Shown piece after piece: positions 25,607 to 39,121 of a stretch of 64,000 bases of DNA. The translations under genes and the position numbers were made by a program. The DNA is taken from positions 28,086,001 to 28,150,000 of the forward strand of contig JBHGNT010000001.1 of the NCBI GenBank assembly GCA_043228905.1, read 5' to 3'. This stretch comes from Azolla caroliniana (Eukaryota > Plantae > Polypodiophyta). Every line of letters starts with the position of its first letter. The stretch's first letter is position 1. The notes beneath the pieces were generated by a model, which saw only the letters and a list, made by a program, of their open reading frames with translations, did not search any database and was not told the origin of the DNA.

Positions 25607-25999
25607 TTGTAGATCATAGCCTTCATTTACATATGATTGTCTATCGCTATGACATATAAAGTTTGGTTGTGAAAGGGAGCACCCATATTTTCATAGCCTT
25701 GATGGCAGTTGCAAGGGCCTCATGCACTCGATGTGGTCATCTATTACAGTTCCATCGTTAAGAGGGTTCTTTAGTGCTTCCTTGTACAAATTATTGTAGA
25801 TCATAGCCTGGATTTACAAATGTTTGTCAATTGCCATGCCATATATAGCATTTTCTTGTGAAAGGGAGTACCCATATTTTCATAGTCTTGATGGAAGTTG
25901 TGCCTTTAACAAGGGCCTTATGTACTCGGTGTAGCCATCTATTATAGTTCCATCATTAAGAGAGCCCTTTAGTGCTTCCTTGTACAAATTGTTGTAGAC
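25607..25999 (-). repeat. Diverged ~190-200 bp tandem duplication of the ACX last-exon end plus 3' UTR
   Basis: 25607-25800 aligns with 25794-25999. The copy still translates [35 protein letters not shown]. Confidence 0.88.
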
Positions 26000-28900
26000 A
26001 TCCCCATCATAGCTTCCCAGAGTGGAGCACAGAAAGTGATCAGTGTGATTAAATGAGTCCACTAATGGCACCGCATTCTTTCGAACCTATATGAACACCA
26101 TTGATATAGATAAATCAATTCTCTATTAAGTGATTATACATTAAACACAACAATATGACATCTAAAACACAATTGCACAAAAATTGAATTAGAATAAATC
26201 CACACCTTCTTATATAGAAGATAGAGTTGTTCTTTGGCAAGGATGGCTTGCTCGGTGGTCATGTACCCAATAGATAGAATCTCTCCTAAATTTTCTTTTA
26301 TCAAAGAAAGAGCATAGACATAGAACATAAGTTTGAGTTGCTCCTTCACTTGTGCTCCTGGGATGTTTTCCTTCAGCTTTTCTGCAAACCTGCAATTTTC
26401 TCATGGCAATTACAAATTAATTGGACATTACATTTTTTTATACATCCACTAAATTACTTTGTACAACAATAGTTAAGTGATAAGTACTATACTAGTCCAC
26501 TACCAAGCATACACTAGACAACCACTCATGATATACTAATTGCTCCGATCCTGAAGTAGACTAGCAAGTGAACCAAATATGAGGTGCATGGATTAGTTTC
26601 CAAGACCTTGGTTTACTTAGTATAAAACAAGGTAAACATGGTATGCCACTAATCATTCCTATATTATGATAACTAAACCCAATTGACTGGAAATTTGTCA
26701 CTTCCTCGTGAAGTCTCACTTTGAAATAACAATGAGCTGACAATGTGCCTTTGCCATTTCAACAATATCGTTTGCATGCTCATCAAGGCCTATAATTTAA
26801 AAACATAAGTAGGTAAATGTTACTTGAAATCTTGTTCTGATACAAATCCACCTTTTCATTACTATTACTTACCATCCTGGAGATTTGGCATTTTAGCGAC
26901 TTTATCAGCGCACTGACATATGAGCCGCAATGATCTTGTTTCAAATGCATCCAAAATAACCATCTCATCCAAAAAATCCTTGCCTATTAATGGTCACGTG
27001 ATTTTTTAAGAAGAGATTAGTTCGCACGATTACATAGATTTGATTGAATCATGTATATGCAATGGAAAGAAAGTACCTTTTACCACTGTACAATAATTTT
27101 CACTTAAGAGACTTGACTTGTTTATATAAGCTGTTGTGCCAGAGGTGATAGCTCCTCCTCGAACGTTGATGTATATCTTTAGCACTATTCTTCCGACCTA
27201 CATTGTATTTAAGGTGTAGAAGGTGTAAAAAAATACCTCTCATACAACGAGTAATAAAAAAACCACCAGGGTCATTCTTTATGTTACTCCTAAACTTTTC
27301 TATAAATATGTACTGTATGTAAACTGCTGGGATTCATCACATGCTAGCTACAGTTCTATTCTCTCTCACGCTCACTTCCTCTATATAATGTCTACTCATG
27401 TAGCACACCTCAATACCATTGTCATATCCCTCTCTCGGAACTCCCTATTCCATTCACCCATGGAGTATAGTTTCCCGTGAGTTCTAACATAAACAATAAA
27501 ACAGAAAATGAAGACGGTGTGTAAAATCCAATACCTCCCGATACAAGATTATGTTTTCTCCCTCATATGTGCAAGCTGGTAAATAGGCTGCATATAATTC
27601 AGGTAATCCACTTGAACACAGATAACCATGCCCACCACAAAGCTTCCTGCATTCTTCTATTCCATCCTGGAAAATTTTCAGTGAGTATTTTACACATAGT
27701 GTCAGTAAAACTGCACTATTTTCAGTGGTTATTTCACGTAGGTTAGTAGGTTAGTAAAATGGTCTATTTTATTGAGTATTCTACATAGGTTGAAGTCGAA
27801 CTTACTGCTGTGACTGATGTAGTTAATGCTTTTAAACCAGCTGTACAAGCGTGAACCTCTTGTAATACAGAGTAATCATTCTTTTTCAATCGTTTTTGCA
27901 CATCATCATAAAGCCATTGCAACCAGTGCGCAGCAAATTGGAAAGCATATACTGATGCTAGCAAAGGAAAGAGTCTTTGTTGTTGTGTAGCATAGTTGAG
28001 CACCTGTAAATATGTCACAAATATATTGGAAATAATATAAATATACAAACAAGACTTTGCATGCTACAATAATTATGGTAGCATTGTCTTTATAAGTCCA
28101 TCAAAAGGTATTATTATCCACTATGGCCTATGAGCAACGCTTATGCTTTATAGCAGTTAAGGTTCTGGAAAGTCTAACACGATGGGCTTAATGTTAAGTG
28201 CATTGTAGATAATGCAGACTAGCACTTACCTCCTAAAATAATGCTTTACAACTTCACTAATAGCATTGTCAAAGTATTTAACTCAAATGCAAATAACAAG
28301 AATTACTTCAGAATTTGTTTATTAGTTACTTCTCTTTCTACACACCAAAGTGGAATTTTTACCTGGATTTCCTGCATTTTTTCATTTAAACCAAATTGTC
28401 TTCTGACAGCACTGTATCTCACTGCAATTGTTACTGCACGTGACAAACAGATAGCAGCTTCTGAGATAATGATCTCTCTTGCTGTCACCATACCTCCATA
28501 CAAGATCTGCTGGGGTACATTTGATCTTTTGTATTCACCTTCTTTCGTAACTTCTGCCATTCTGATCAGACAAAAACCTTAATGAATCACAGTTTATAAT
28601 ATATATTAAGATAAGGTTGCTCAAGGGATGCCTTCAAGAAGTTGTGAAATGTAGATGACAACATAATCTTCCTTTCAACATATTAGAACGTTAGGCTGCT
28701 TCTCCTTCATGTATTTGGCGATGTACTATGGCAATTTCGTTGGGACATACTTGATTATAGAAGAAATTTAGAGTATCATAGAATGCAACAACATTCATAT
28801 GCTTACAGCGACGAGATTTCATGTTTGTTTCTGTGAAATCTCCAAAGATATAGACTCTAACACGAGCAAGGTATGTTTTTCTATGATGAAAGAGGTATGA

Positions 28901-31387
28901 AATACACCTGTTATGGAATAAGATTTGAATTTCTTGGTATAAACCTGTAATGTCTTTCTGGCCCACTAGAAGTTTTGAAAGGTGCTTCAATTTTTTGAAC
29001 GAAATGGATAACTATAATGAAGGTAAGATGCATCCATCAACTTCATGTGACGGATGGAAAACTCTAAGCCAAACTCCGCTCAATAGCTGTTACTTTAAAT
29101 GTTGTGAACACACTCACATGAGGTGACTCAAGCCAAAGGGATCTGAACTCTAATCTACCCTTACAGCTCAAACCACCTAGGCAATTACTTTCTTCCTCAT
29201 TCAGAACTCCATTCTTTCTTTTCTTTCACATATGCAAATGCTATTTCATAATCTTTGTATATTTTCATACATGTTTTTTTATTGTGGGGAAATATCCATC
29301 CTCACCCTTGTACATTGTTCTCAGTATGCATTATTGAAAGTGAGGAGATATTTATTCTGTTGGTTAAATGTGTTAGTGACAGGTAATGCAAAAAGAAACA
29401 CAAGCATCAACATCATAGCATTGGTCTAAGACAGTGAGTAGTCAAAAGAAAAACTCTACTACAGCCAGCCGATTTCCCATGCTTGTCATGGGTTATCAAG
29501 AAGCTAAATTCTTCTGATATAAACCTCACCTCATTAACATGTTTGTTCGAGGTATGCAAACTGAGTTGAAACGCAAAAAGCCATTGTCCACAGTATTGGT
29601 TCCTCCATTCCCGAATTTCATTCCAATATCTCCTATGATAATTCCCGGCAATGTTGAGTGATTTTCCAAATCACGGAGCTGCACGATAAATGCTATAACC
29701 AAACGTTTTGTCATTCTCTGTAGACACCATTGCCATTAGGATAGATACTATTGTCCCTTACAATCCCATCATATGGAACTGTAACTGAGCGCTCGTTCAT
29801 ATTTGTGATTATGCATATGAAAGTATCTCATTAGCAGTATACATAAAAAGCAATAACTACCATGTATGCCATAGTCTTTCACCCCAATGATAAGCTTTGC
29901 TTGAACCACAGCATGTGTTGATACAAAACCTAGACCTCCAGGCCACCACTTCAATTATAGAAATGAAATTATAAGCATGATGATCAACAGAATTACAATT
30001 TCAAGAGCCAGAAACAGATACCTTTGTAGACGAGATAGTTGGACTTTGAAGAACAAATTCATCTTTTGAGGGATTGAATGTCGCAATAGTTTCCAGTCCT
30101 TTGACATTTGAACCATGTCCAAGCTCAGTCTGAGCATAGCATCCAATTATTTTCATATTTCTTGCAAGAGGTAACCAATATTCTTGTTGTTCAACTGTTG
30201 CCTGACCCTCAATAACTGGTATGAACATGTTCTACACACAAAACTCACGTGAATGTCTTGCTTTGTACGTGCCCACATAACTAGATTATCTAGAATTAAA
30301 TGGCTGTGTTGTTTAGTTTCAAGCTAGATTCAATAATGAGGGCCTACCCAATGAAGATCTGCATATGATCGTTCATCTATTAGAACCCTCAGCCATAATG
30401 CCTCTCTATCTGCGAGGTTTAAATGTTCAATATTAAAATCTTAAAGAACAAACAAAACAAAATAATATGCAATCAATAACTTTTGTTTTGTAGTACTTTG
30501 GGGGGAGGGATATCATGAACAAATAGGTTATGGTTTCATGTATAATTTATATCTAATATGATCTACTACAGCAAACACTAACATGAATGGAATGCCGTCA
30601 GATAGTTTGAAGAGATGTTTCACTTATAACATGACCACTGTCAAAAACAATTTCTTTCAGCCTTCATCATGATCCTATGAATATTTAGTCTCATCCATAA
30701 TTCCTTTTGCGAGCACTGTTAAGGTCAATGTCCTCTTGCGTTGAAATAACAAGTGAAGAAATCTAAAATATAATCATGGAGTAAAAAATACTGTGACTGT
30801 GAAGGTTACCTGAAAGACCATGATCAACAGTGAGTTTTCTTGCATGTGCAGCTTTCCTCAATCCACTTTTGAGAAGCTCTTTTCTTGTTAAAGTTACTCT
30901 GTTGTCTCTCTTGAACACCTGAAAATTTCAGCAAAGGGTTTATCTCGCTTCCCAAATATAATGATGCTTGAAATTTTTGTTCGGAAGCTTCGAATCAATT
31001 GGCATAAAAAGAAAAGGATTGTTGAAGAAATCATGGTAGTTAATGGTGAGAGAGTTGAATACATGCATCCCCATACGTATACACATACATATAAATGTAA
31101 ATATAAATGTGTATATCCACATACATCAATATACAAACAAACATACATGTACAAATCCATATCTGTAAAAGCACAAATACACACACAAGCATATATACAC
31201 ATTTGCTCATACATGCAAACATCATTTTTTTTTGCTTTAGCAATATACGTAAACACATACAGGTATGCAAATATATATATATGCGTATATACACACATAC
31301 ATACGAATGCACATGTACTTTTTGTAGTGAGCACACACAAACACATGCATACAAACCCGTGTGCACATGTACATATATATACATACA

Positions 31388-31428
<41 letters not shown>

Positions 31429-31611
31429 ATAGGAACAGAAAAATGGGGAGAGGTGGAAAGGAGCACGCACAGGGTCAGATGCGACGAGGATAGAGAGACG
31501 CTGGAGAAGCTCGAAGTTTTGGGTTCCACCCCAGAAGGCGGCCTTCATGGCCTCAACGTCCAACTCCCCATTCTCCCTCTCGCTCGCCAGGAGCTTTTCC
31601 TCCGGCCCCAT
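25880..31611 (-). CDS. ACX1: Peroxisomal acyl-CoA oxidase, ACX1-type, 664 aa
   Basis: 14 GT-AG exons: 31471-31611, 30810-30918, 30348-30409, 30022-30231, 29861-29948, 29530-29692, 28363-28561, 27806-28003, 27535-27666, 27077-27197, 26873-26983, 26720-26789, 26206-26389, 25880-26086 (1995 nt, in frame). Motifs [44 protein letters not shown] (catalytic Glu) and C-terminal PTS1 SRL. Confidence 0.95.
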
Positions 31612-31850
31612 AATCCCCCCTATCAGGCGTCGATTCCTTCTCCCCCACTGCACACACACACACACACACACACAGAAGCAGGGGAAGGAAGCGAGAAGCT
31701 ATGTATATAATACGAGAGAAGAAGAAGAAGAAGAAGAAGAAGAAGAAAAGGATATATGAAGAGAAGAAGAAAAAGAAGATGGTGATGATGATGAAGGATA
31801 TAAAGATAAACTCATGCAAATGTATGGGGAGAGAGAGAGAGAGAGGTGAG
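31040..31850. repeat. Low-complexity and microsatellite tracts around ACX exon 1: (CA/TA)-rich, (GT)n 31392-31424, (CA)n 31651-31674, (GAA)n 31718-31747, (GA)n about 31829-31845
   Basis: Directly visible. These tracts explain the many spurious ORFs here. Confidence 0.9.
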
Positions 31851-34101
31851 ATTTGGGTTTCGAACCCAAGATGTAATGCTAGTAGTGTATAACAGTTTAC
31901 CACTAGGGTAAGCTAATTACGAGACAAAGACTATGTGCGTGCATGCTTGCTTGCTAAGTGGAGTTACAGAGGACTTCTTTTGTGGCAATTGAGAATGTCC
32001 GATAAGTCACGAAATGTCGACCATGACGAGAGGCAAGTGTGCAATCATCGTGTTCGACATCTCAATTGGTGTGTAGGGGTAGGTGGGATTCAATTTGTCG
32101 CAGTAGTCTTTAGATCCCTGGAAGAGTTCTATACATACTTTGCCGCAAGTTAATCATGGTGGTGGTGTTTTTACTTTCATAACAACATGCATTATGTATG
32201 TATGTATGTATGTATTTTTAGCATCCATACAAGAGGCCAATATTTACCCATAGGATCTAAGTACAAAAGTTTTCTTGGTGTGGATGGTTTTCATATGTGC
32301 GTTATTCCCTATATGTTTACCCCTCCTTCCTCCCAAGTAAGACTAATTCGAGAGTAGTAAAAGTAAGTATACTTACTATTGGTCTTTGTCTTTCAAGGAA
32401 TGACTAAATCTTTTCATCCATTCATTATTCCTAGTACCTACCCCCCCCCCCCCCCCCCATCTCTTTCCCATATGTACGTATCGGTGACAAAAGAAAAGTG
32501 GACCTCATCTTTATATGACATTGTTTAAGAAATTCAATCTTTCCACATGCCCACATCATCAAACATTATCACCCTCCATATACATATATCAACACCACCA
32601 CCATCACCTATGCTATGCTACAATTTTGACATGCGGTCTCATGTACTTCGAAAGAATAGCTTTGTCAGGTCTTGCTGGCATGTTGGATTCCTAACTTGCC
32701 TTGCCTATTGAAAATTGATTGCCCAAAAGCAAAAATGCAATTACATTCTCATATAAATGGACATCATATTGTAACATGTTTTCATACATAGATTCGTTTT
32801 TCTTATAGATTGTTATATAAAGCCAAATGTAAAATTTACTAAAAAACATTGTAACAATGTATAAAATTGATGTAAAATATCATAGGGAAAAGCTATCCAC
32901 AAAAAACACATAGTTTCATAGGAAGATGATATTATTTACTACTACACATATTTATGGATAAGACACGCTATCAAATCTATCCAATTCTTTGTATCCTTCC
33001 AAGCTTCAAAGCATTCACTTCCAAGTGCTCTCCCCCCCCCCCCCCACCCCCGTTTCCAATTGCATTGGTGTTATTCAACGTTACGATATGGTGGTTCAAA
33101 CGTTGCTTTGTGGAGCGAAAGTATGGGGTGGCACTAGCTCACTTAATGCAATGTATGCAATGAAAACTCGGAGGAGGATAAATATCACTTCCTTCTTAGG
33201 ATATGTGATATACATGAACATCTAGACACTTGATAAGTTCTTTGAAGCAACTCTAAGCGGCTTAATATTCCATGTGCATCTACAAGAGAAGGGTCATATT
33301 TTAGACCAATGCCAAATCTCTAGCAAAAGCATTATGCGGAAAGGACCATATTTCTAGACTTTGGTCAATCTTAAACATATGTCAATTATACACATTATAG
33401 TAAATATTGCCCATGTAACAACTTCTCTTCTTTCTCATACATGTGATATATAGAACATATATGTTAAATTTGATGAATTATTGTCATCTATCCATCAATG
33501 AATAATTTGAGACCAAAACATAGCATAAATGAGAAATAGGACAAAAGAAATTTGATAATACACGTGTGCCAAAGGCATTGAAAATTTGTTTGAGACCATG
33601 CTCCTCGGGACAAACACAAACATAAACATCCATTCACAACACAACTAAGCTATGCATTACTAATATCACATGTGTGCTAATGAAAAATCCACCAAAAGTA
33701 CCTAGGTGGAAATAATTTCTTGATAGAGATACAATTTTTTAGTTGATGGCAACTTGCTAGGTATTTGATTGTTCTATTTAAGCATATGGTTTTTAAAAGT
33801 TATCATGGAAAGAAACTTGCACTTTAGTACTAGAAAAATAAGGGAATGATTTAGTGACCTCAATTGAAGGGGTTTCTTCTCCCAACACTTGGTTCTTTCA
33901 CAAATGTTTTAATGTATCCTTCGCAACTTTCCACAATGTGACAATAATAATAAATATTGATATATTGATTTATTATTTTTCCCAAAAAAGATACTACATT
34001 AGTGTTAGAAAACACCAAAAGGCTAAACATACAAGATATACCACCAATCCCCTATGTTTTTCTAAATTCTAACCATCGGCTTAAATAAATACTTTGGTGT
34101 T

Positions 34102-34619
34102 TTTTTTTCCAAAAAAAAACTACTTCCATTAGTTAAGGCAATGTACAAAGGATAATATACAACTCATATCTTGCAGGCCAACTTGCATGTCAAAAAGAAA
34201 ACAATATGTGTAAAGGAAACAACAAAAACAATTCCAAAACACTGCATCATTTGATGAGCATAACATTACCCGAACGCATACCCTCCATGTGAGCCTCATA
34301 CCACCTGAATTCAGCATTGACATCCTCCACTCTCTTCTCATGGCAGCACCCATCTATATGTTAGGTACACTCAAAGGGAACAACCACCGTGGTTGTTGAT
34401 AATTCCACTTCGCTTTACCATCCACCATCTGCAGCATCGACGAACCGCTCCATTTCAGAAGGAACCGAGCTCTAGCTTCTTCACTTGCGTCTGAGGGCCC
34501 TTGAAGACTTTCAAACTCTCCTCGTGACGTAGAAATAAGATTAAACCATATCATCATTAAACTCTCAGGCGGTGGGGTTTGCTTACCTGAGAAAGTCTCC
34601 TTGCACCTAGATACCCACC
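34102..34619 (-). mobile_element. Short 5'-truncated L1 (L1-D) inserted in L1-C
   Basis: 16-bp TSD TAAATACTTTGGTGTT at 34086-34101 and 34620-34635. Encodes RCKETF..IWFNLI..KWNYQQPRWLFP, with a poly(A) at the left end. Confidence 0.9.
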
Positions 34620-37600
34620 TAAATACTTTGGTGTTGAGTAGAACCACTCCACCTTATCAAAACGCCATCTATAGAATATACCTATGTCCCAAATGGCATG
34701 AAACTCCAAACACTTAAGTTCCGCTTGATGCGTATTACCTTTTATACTATCCAAAAACCCTCTGAGATTTTTTATTTTTTATTTTTTCCAAAAAAAAACT
34801 CCTTCCATTAGTTATAAAATTTTACAAATGAGACGATTATGTACAAATCCTTAAAGGGACGCGATAGTTCCATCTTATGTGGATGCCCACTGACTCAAGA
34901 AAGGGTGAGGACGACCATTGTTGGATGAAGGCTATGCGTTGTCTTTCAACTCCCTCGGAGCCGCCCTTAAGGCCATCATATTGGCTCTTCAAAGTGGCTA
35001 CAATTTAACTCCATATCTCTTGCAGTAACCTTGTTGGATGGGAGGTTTGGTTGGAGAAGACTCGCCTACATCGTTGTTTCCATAGAATCCAAAGGGTTAT
35101 TGGGTTGACCAGCTAACCAATTCCAACACCTCTTGAGATTTTTCATTAAGAGGAATAGAGTGGACATTGCCGCTGGAGGAGAAAAGGACCTCTTGTGCTT
35201 TTATCACCAAATTCATCCCCTCCTCCTGATGCTCGTATTGGCCAATTGCAGCCTGCCATGATAGCCAACATATATTTTCCCACTTGATTGAACCTTGCAC
35301 CTGGCATAATTGCAACAAGCGGCCAACCCCCTGCCATATTCGATGGGACGTTGGGCAGTCCCACAGATCGTGTCATATGGATTCTACTACATGTGGGCAC
35401 TCTACACAATTAGGAGAGCTAAGGTTCCCATGTTGCCATGCTCCCACCGGTAGGGACTTATGTATTCACAGCCATTGGAAAGTTGTAATTCCCTCGCGTG
35501 TTGTTGCTTCCAAATTTTCTACCAAAACTTGGTGATTATTGCGGAGGGAACTTGAAATGTGTGCTAGACCTTCGCATCAGCCGGTTCTCGGGCGGCTTGA
35601 GCAACTAGAATATGGCGACCCAATCTAGTTGTGAATTGGAAGAAAGGGATGGGTTTGCTTCCTTGCCCCGCGTAGGGATCATACCATGTCCATTGCAAAG
35701 GGTCCCAACTGACCTTACGTAGCCATGTGTTTTCATGAGTACATATATGCCAATCGGGTTGTACTTTGATTGGATCAGGATCTACAATCCATTTATGACC
35801 AGTGTACGCGAGTACTCGAATGACGTTATTCTGTGTTGGTGTCTCAGTGTCTCGCAATTCAGGGCCTTCGAGTCTGTCTGGTGGTCCCCTACCTCTCGGG
35901 ATCAGAGAACCCTCCTCCTCGTGGCCTATCCATTTCTCCATTGTCATCCTCTGAGTAGCAGATTCCCTAATCAGTAGAGCGTTAATGATTTCCGATCTCA
36001 TAGTCCATCCGCTCCTGATTCCATGGAGTATATTTGCTTGATCTTGTAGTGGCATTGACATAAACCATCGCCAACATTCTATACTTTTTCCTGAACCTTC
36101 TGCAATGTATCCCCATGACAACCCCTTACGTGATCCCAATAGTTGATTAGATTCATCCTTGAGACATGGGTTCCATAGGATACGTTGACTAAGCCAAGCA
36201 GGTTCGGATCTCGGTTGATCACACTCGACGAATGTCACACCATGCCTTCCACATGGATGCACTAAATCTATCCTCCAAATGGCGGGAGAAAGTAGGTTTG
36301 AGATCCATGTTTAGAATCCATCCCGTTTGGGGGGCCCAATTGACCCCTTTTCGTGGCCTAAAGTAAGAGAAATGTAACCTCAGTAACATTTTCCAACAAT
36401 CATTTCCTGGTTGGGGTCCTCGCACCACAAATTTGGCAAGTAAGGCTTTCGATTGTGAAAGGGGATCAATAAGACCCAATCCCCCTCTCGACTTAAGTGA
36501 TGTGAGTATAGGCCACGCTACTTTGGCGCGAGCTACATGGTCTTCCTTACCAAACCAAATGTAGTTGCGGACCAATCGTTGAATCTGATGTATACTTTCC
36601 TTGGAGATTGTCCAGCATGATAGACTGTACCATGCTGTTGCGAAGAGTACCTGATTTGCCACTATGATGCGACCTGCTAGCGACAATTTTTTCGAGCTCC
36701 AATGTATCAACTTTTGTCGAATGGAAAGGATAACAGGTGCAATCATAGTCTCTGGCGGTATGTTGAAACCAATTTGAAAGCCCAAATATTTGGTGCTCGC
36801 TCCTTGATTGATCCATTTGAAAGTGGGGTGTGGGTGTCACGCTGAATGTGTTTTCTGAGAGAGCCATATTGCACAGGATTTGTGCCAATTGATCATGGCG
36901 TTGGATCTCTTGCAAAATAAAGCTAGCCCACTTTCTAGCTTTTGGAGGTTTTCTAGGTTCCCTTGCAGGTAGATTGCTGTGTCATTTGCAAATTCTATAT
37001 CCAGGATGCTTTGGTAAGAATGAGGTATGGGAAGACCATGTAGGTTGAGATGCTGCGAGTTGAGAAAGCAAGAGAGTGCTTCGGCGTATAATAGAAATAA
37101 GGATGGAGCTAGTGGGCATCCCTGCCGTACAGAGCGGGATATTCGGAAAAAGGGGCCCTTTTCACTTGCCAGTGAAACGCAACTGCTGCCATTCCTATAA
37201 AAGCCTGCAATGCCTTTGATCCATGTCTCTTGAAAGCCGAGTTTCCTCATCACACTTTCTAGAAAGTTCCAACATACCCTGTCATATGCTTTCTCAAAAT
37301 CTAGTAGCACCACCGCTACCTTCTTGTTGGTCCGCTTAGCAAGGGCTATTGCTTCCCAAAATGAGAAGAGGTTGTCTAGGATGCTCCGACTTCTAACGAA
37401 ACCTGTCTGGGACAGATGAATGAGTTGAGAGAGAAGTGGAGTTAAACGGCGTGCCACGATTTTTGCAAGCAACTTATAGACAGTATTGAGAAGAGTAATG
37501 GGCCGCCACTTGTGAATATCATTGGCATTCCCACCACTTTTAGGAATTAGATGTATCATCCCCTGTCCAAATTCCTCCGGCATGCTTCCAAAGGTGATGA

Positions 37601-37851
37601 TCTCCTCATATGCCTGGAGGAGGTCTTCTTTAATAGTGCCCCAAAGGCATGTGAAAAAGTGCGGGGTGAGATAGTCGATTCTGGGGCAACTCTCGGCATC
37701 TAAATAAATGAGGGCCTTCCATATCTCAATGATTGATAGGGGACGCACGAGCCAAGTATTCATTTCCGGCGTGACTTTCTCGGGTATGCTTTGGAGGATA
37801 ATATCATCGCTTATGTCTTCCCTTGTAGCTATAATGTCTTCGGTAAGTAGG

Positions 37852-39121
37852 TGTCATCGTTGTTGTAGTTCTCAGTGAGGGTTGCATGGCCGCTCACGTC
37901 CATTCGTGTTCAGTTCTCGGTGAGGGCCGCATGGTTGCTCACGTTCGTTTGTGTTCAGTTCTCAGTGAGGGCCCCATGGTCACTCACGCCCGTTCGTGTT
38001 CCAATTCTCGGTGAGGGCCGCATGGTCGCTCACGCCCGTTCGTGTTCCAATTCTCGGTGAGGGCCGCATGGTCGCTCACGCTCGTTTGTGTTCAATTCTC
38101 GGTGAGGGTCGCATGGTCGCTCATGTCCGTTCGTGTTCCAGTTCTCTATGAGGGTTGCATGGTCACTCACGCCCGTTGGTGTTCATGTTCCCTGTAAGAA
38201 CCGCACATGGTTACTCACGCCCGTTGGTATTCGTGTTCTAGTCTCCGATGAGGACCGCACATGGTTGCTCACTCTAGCTATTGTTTGTGTTCGCTCATGC
38301 CCGTTGGTGGTCGTGTTCCAACTCTCAGCGAGGATCGACATTTTCTCTCATGCCCATTGGTCTCGTGTTCCCCATGAGAAACACACATGGTCACTCACGC
38401 CCGTTGGTATTTGTGTTCTAGTTCCCGATGAGGACCGCACATGCTCTCTCACTCCCATTGGTATTCATGTTCCAGTCCTGGGCAAGGACCGCACATGGTC
38501 GCTCATGCTCGGTGGTGTTCAATACCTCATCTTCTGGAAGGTTTACTCCTTGTCTAGGATTTACAAAATACTTTGGAGGTGATCTAAGATTTTCATCAAG
38601 AGTATCCCCTTAAGCCAAGGACCGGTTTGAGAAGGCAACATAAAAGGGGTGATAATGTCACATTCTAGACTCGGATCTCTGACTTTTAACACACACAATA
38701 CATTGTGTTGTGTTAACCATATGGAACCTCTAGTGAACTATCTACATTCAATTGTGAACTTGTATATATTGTAGAGTCTAGTGTATAGTACATTCAAGAA
38801 TATTTTGGTCGTTAGTATATTTTAGAATTATTCTATGGTATATTCTAAACGGGTATATTCTCGAGATATTTCTGGAGTCTATTCTAGAGATATTCAATCT
38901 CGCAATTGTATAAATACTTATAAAATCCTTGGTCCCTTTCAAGGGATTCAACACCAGTCATTGACACATCAATCTAGTCTTGATCTTTATCTCTGTCTTG
39001 ATTCTCTTTTGTCCTTCTTGAGTTTCTAGCCTCATCACTTCTAGCTCTAAGTTCATAGCCCGTCACTCGTAGCCCCATCATCAGTGCTCCATCCGAGACC
39101 GCGGTTAGTGTGTCCATGATA
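37852..39121 (+). mobile_element. Solo LTR (1270 bp, probably Ty3/Gypsy) inserted in L1-B ORF2
   Basis: Termini TGTCAT...ATGATA (CA mutated to TA). 5-bp TSD GTAGG (37847-37851) and GTAAG (39122-39126). Removal restores YYSRLLTED. TATA-like TATAAATA near 38908. No coding domain seen. Confidence 0.75.
37868..38520. repeat. Minisatellite inside the solo LTR: seven 45-46 bp units followed by about seven diverged, longer units
   Basis: Units start at 37868, 37913, 37958, 38004, 38050, 38095 and 38141; consensus RTTCTCGGTGAGGGCCGCATGGTCGCTCACGCCCGTTCGTGTTC(C)A. Confidence 0.92.

Noticed and set aside
25940-25990. [13 protein letters not shown] resembling kinase subdomain I-II
   Set aside because: It aligns with the normal ACX1 C-terminus (EALKDPLND...), so the resemblance is coincidental.
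30894-31903. Long ORFs of 114-249 aa on both strands
   Set aside because: They are products of CA/GT/TA and GAA low-complexity tracts in ACX intron 1 and its upstream region. Only 31471-31611 is coding.
37868-38520. CRISPR-like array of palindromic repeats
   Set aside because: Units are contiguous with no unique spacers, there are no cas genes, and the array sits inside a TSD-flanked LTR in plant DNA.
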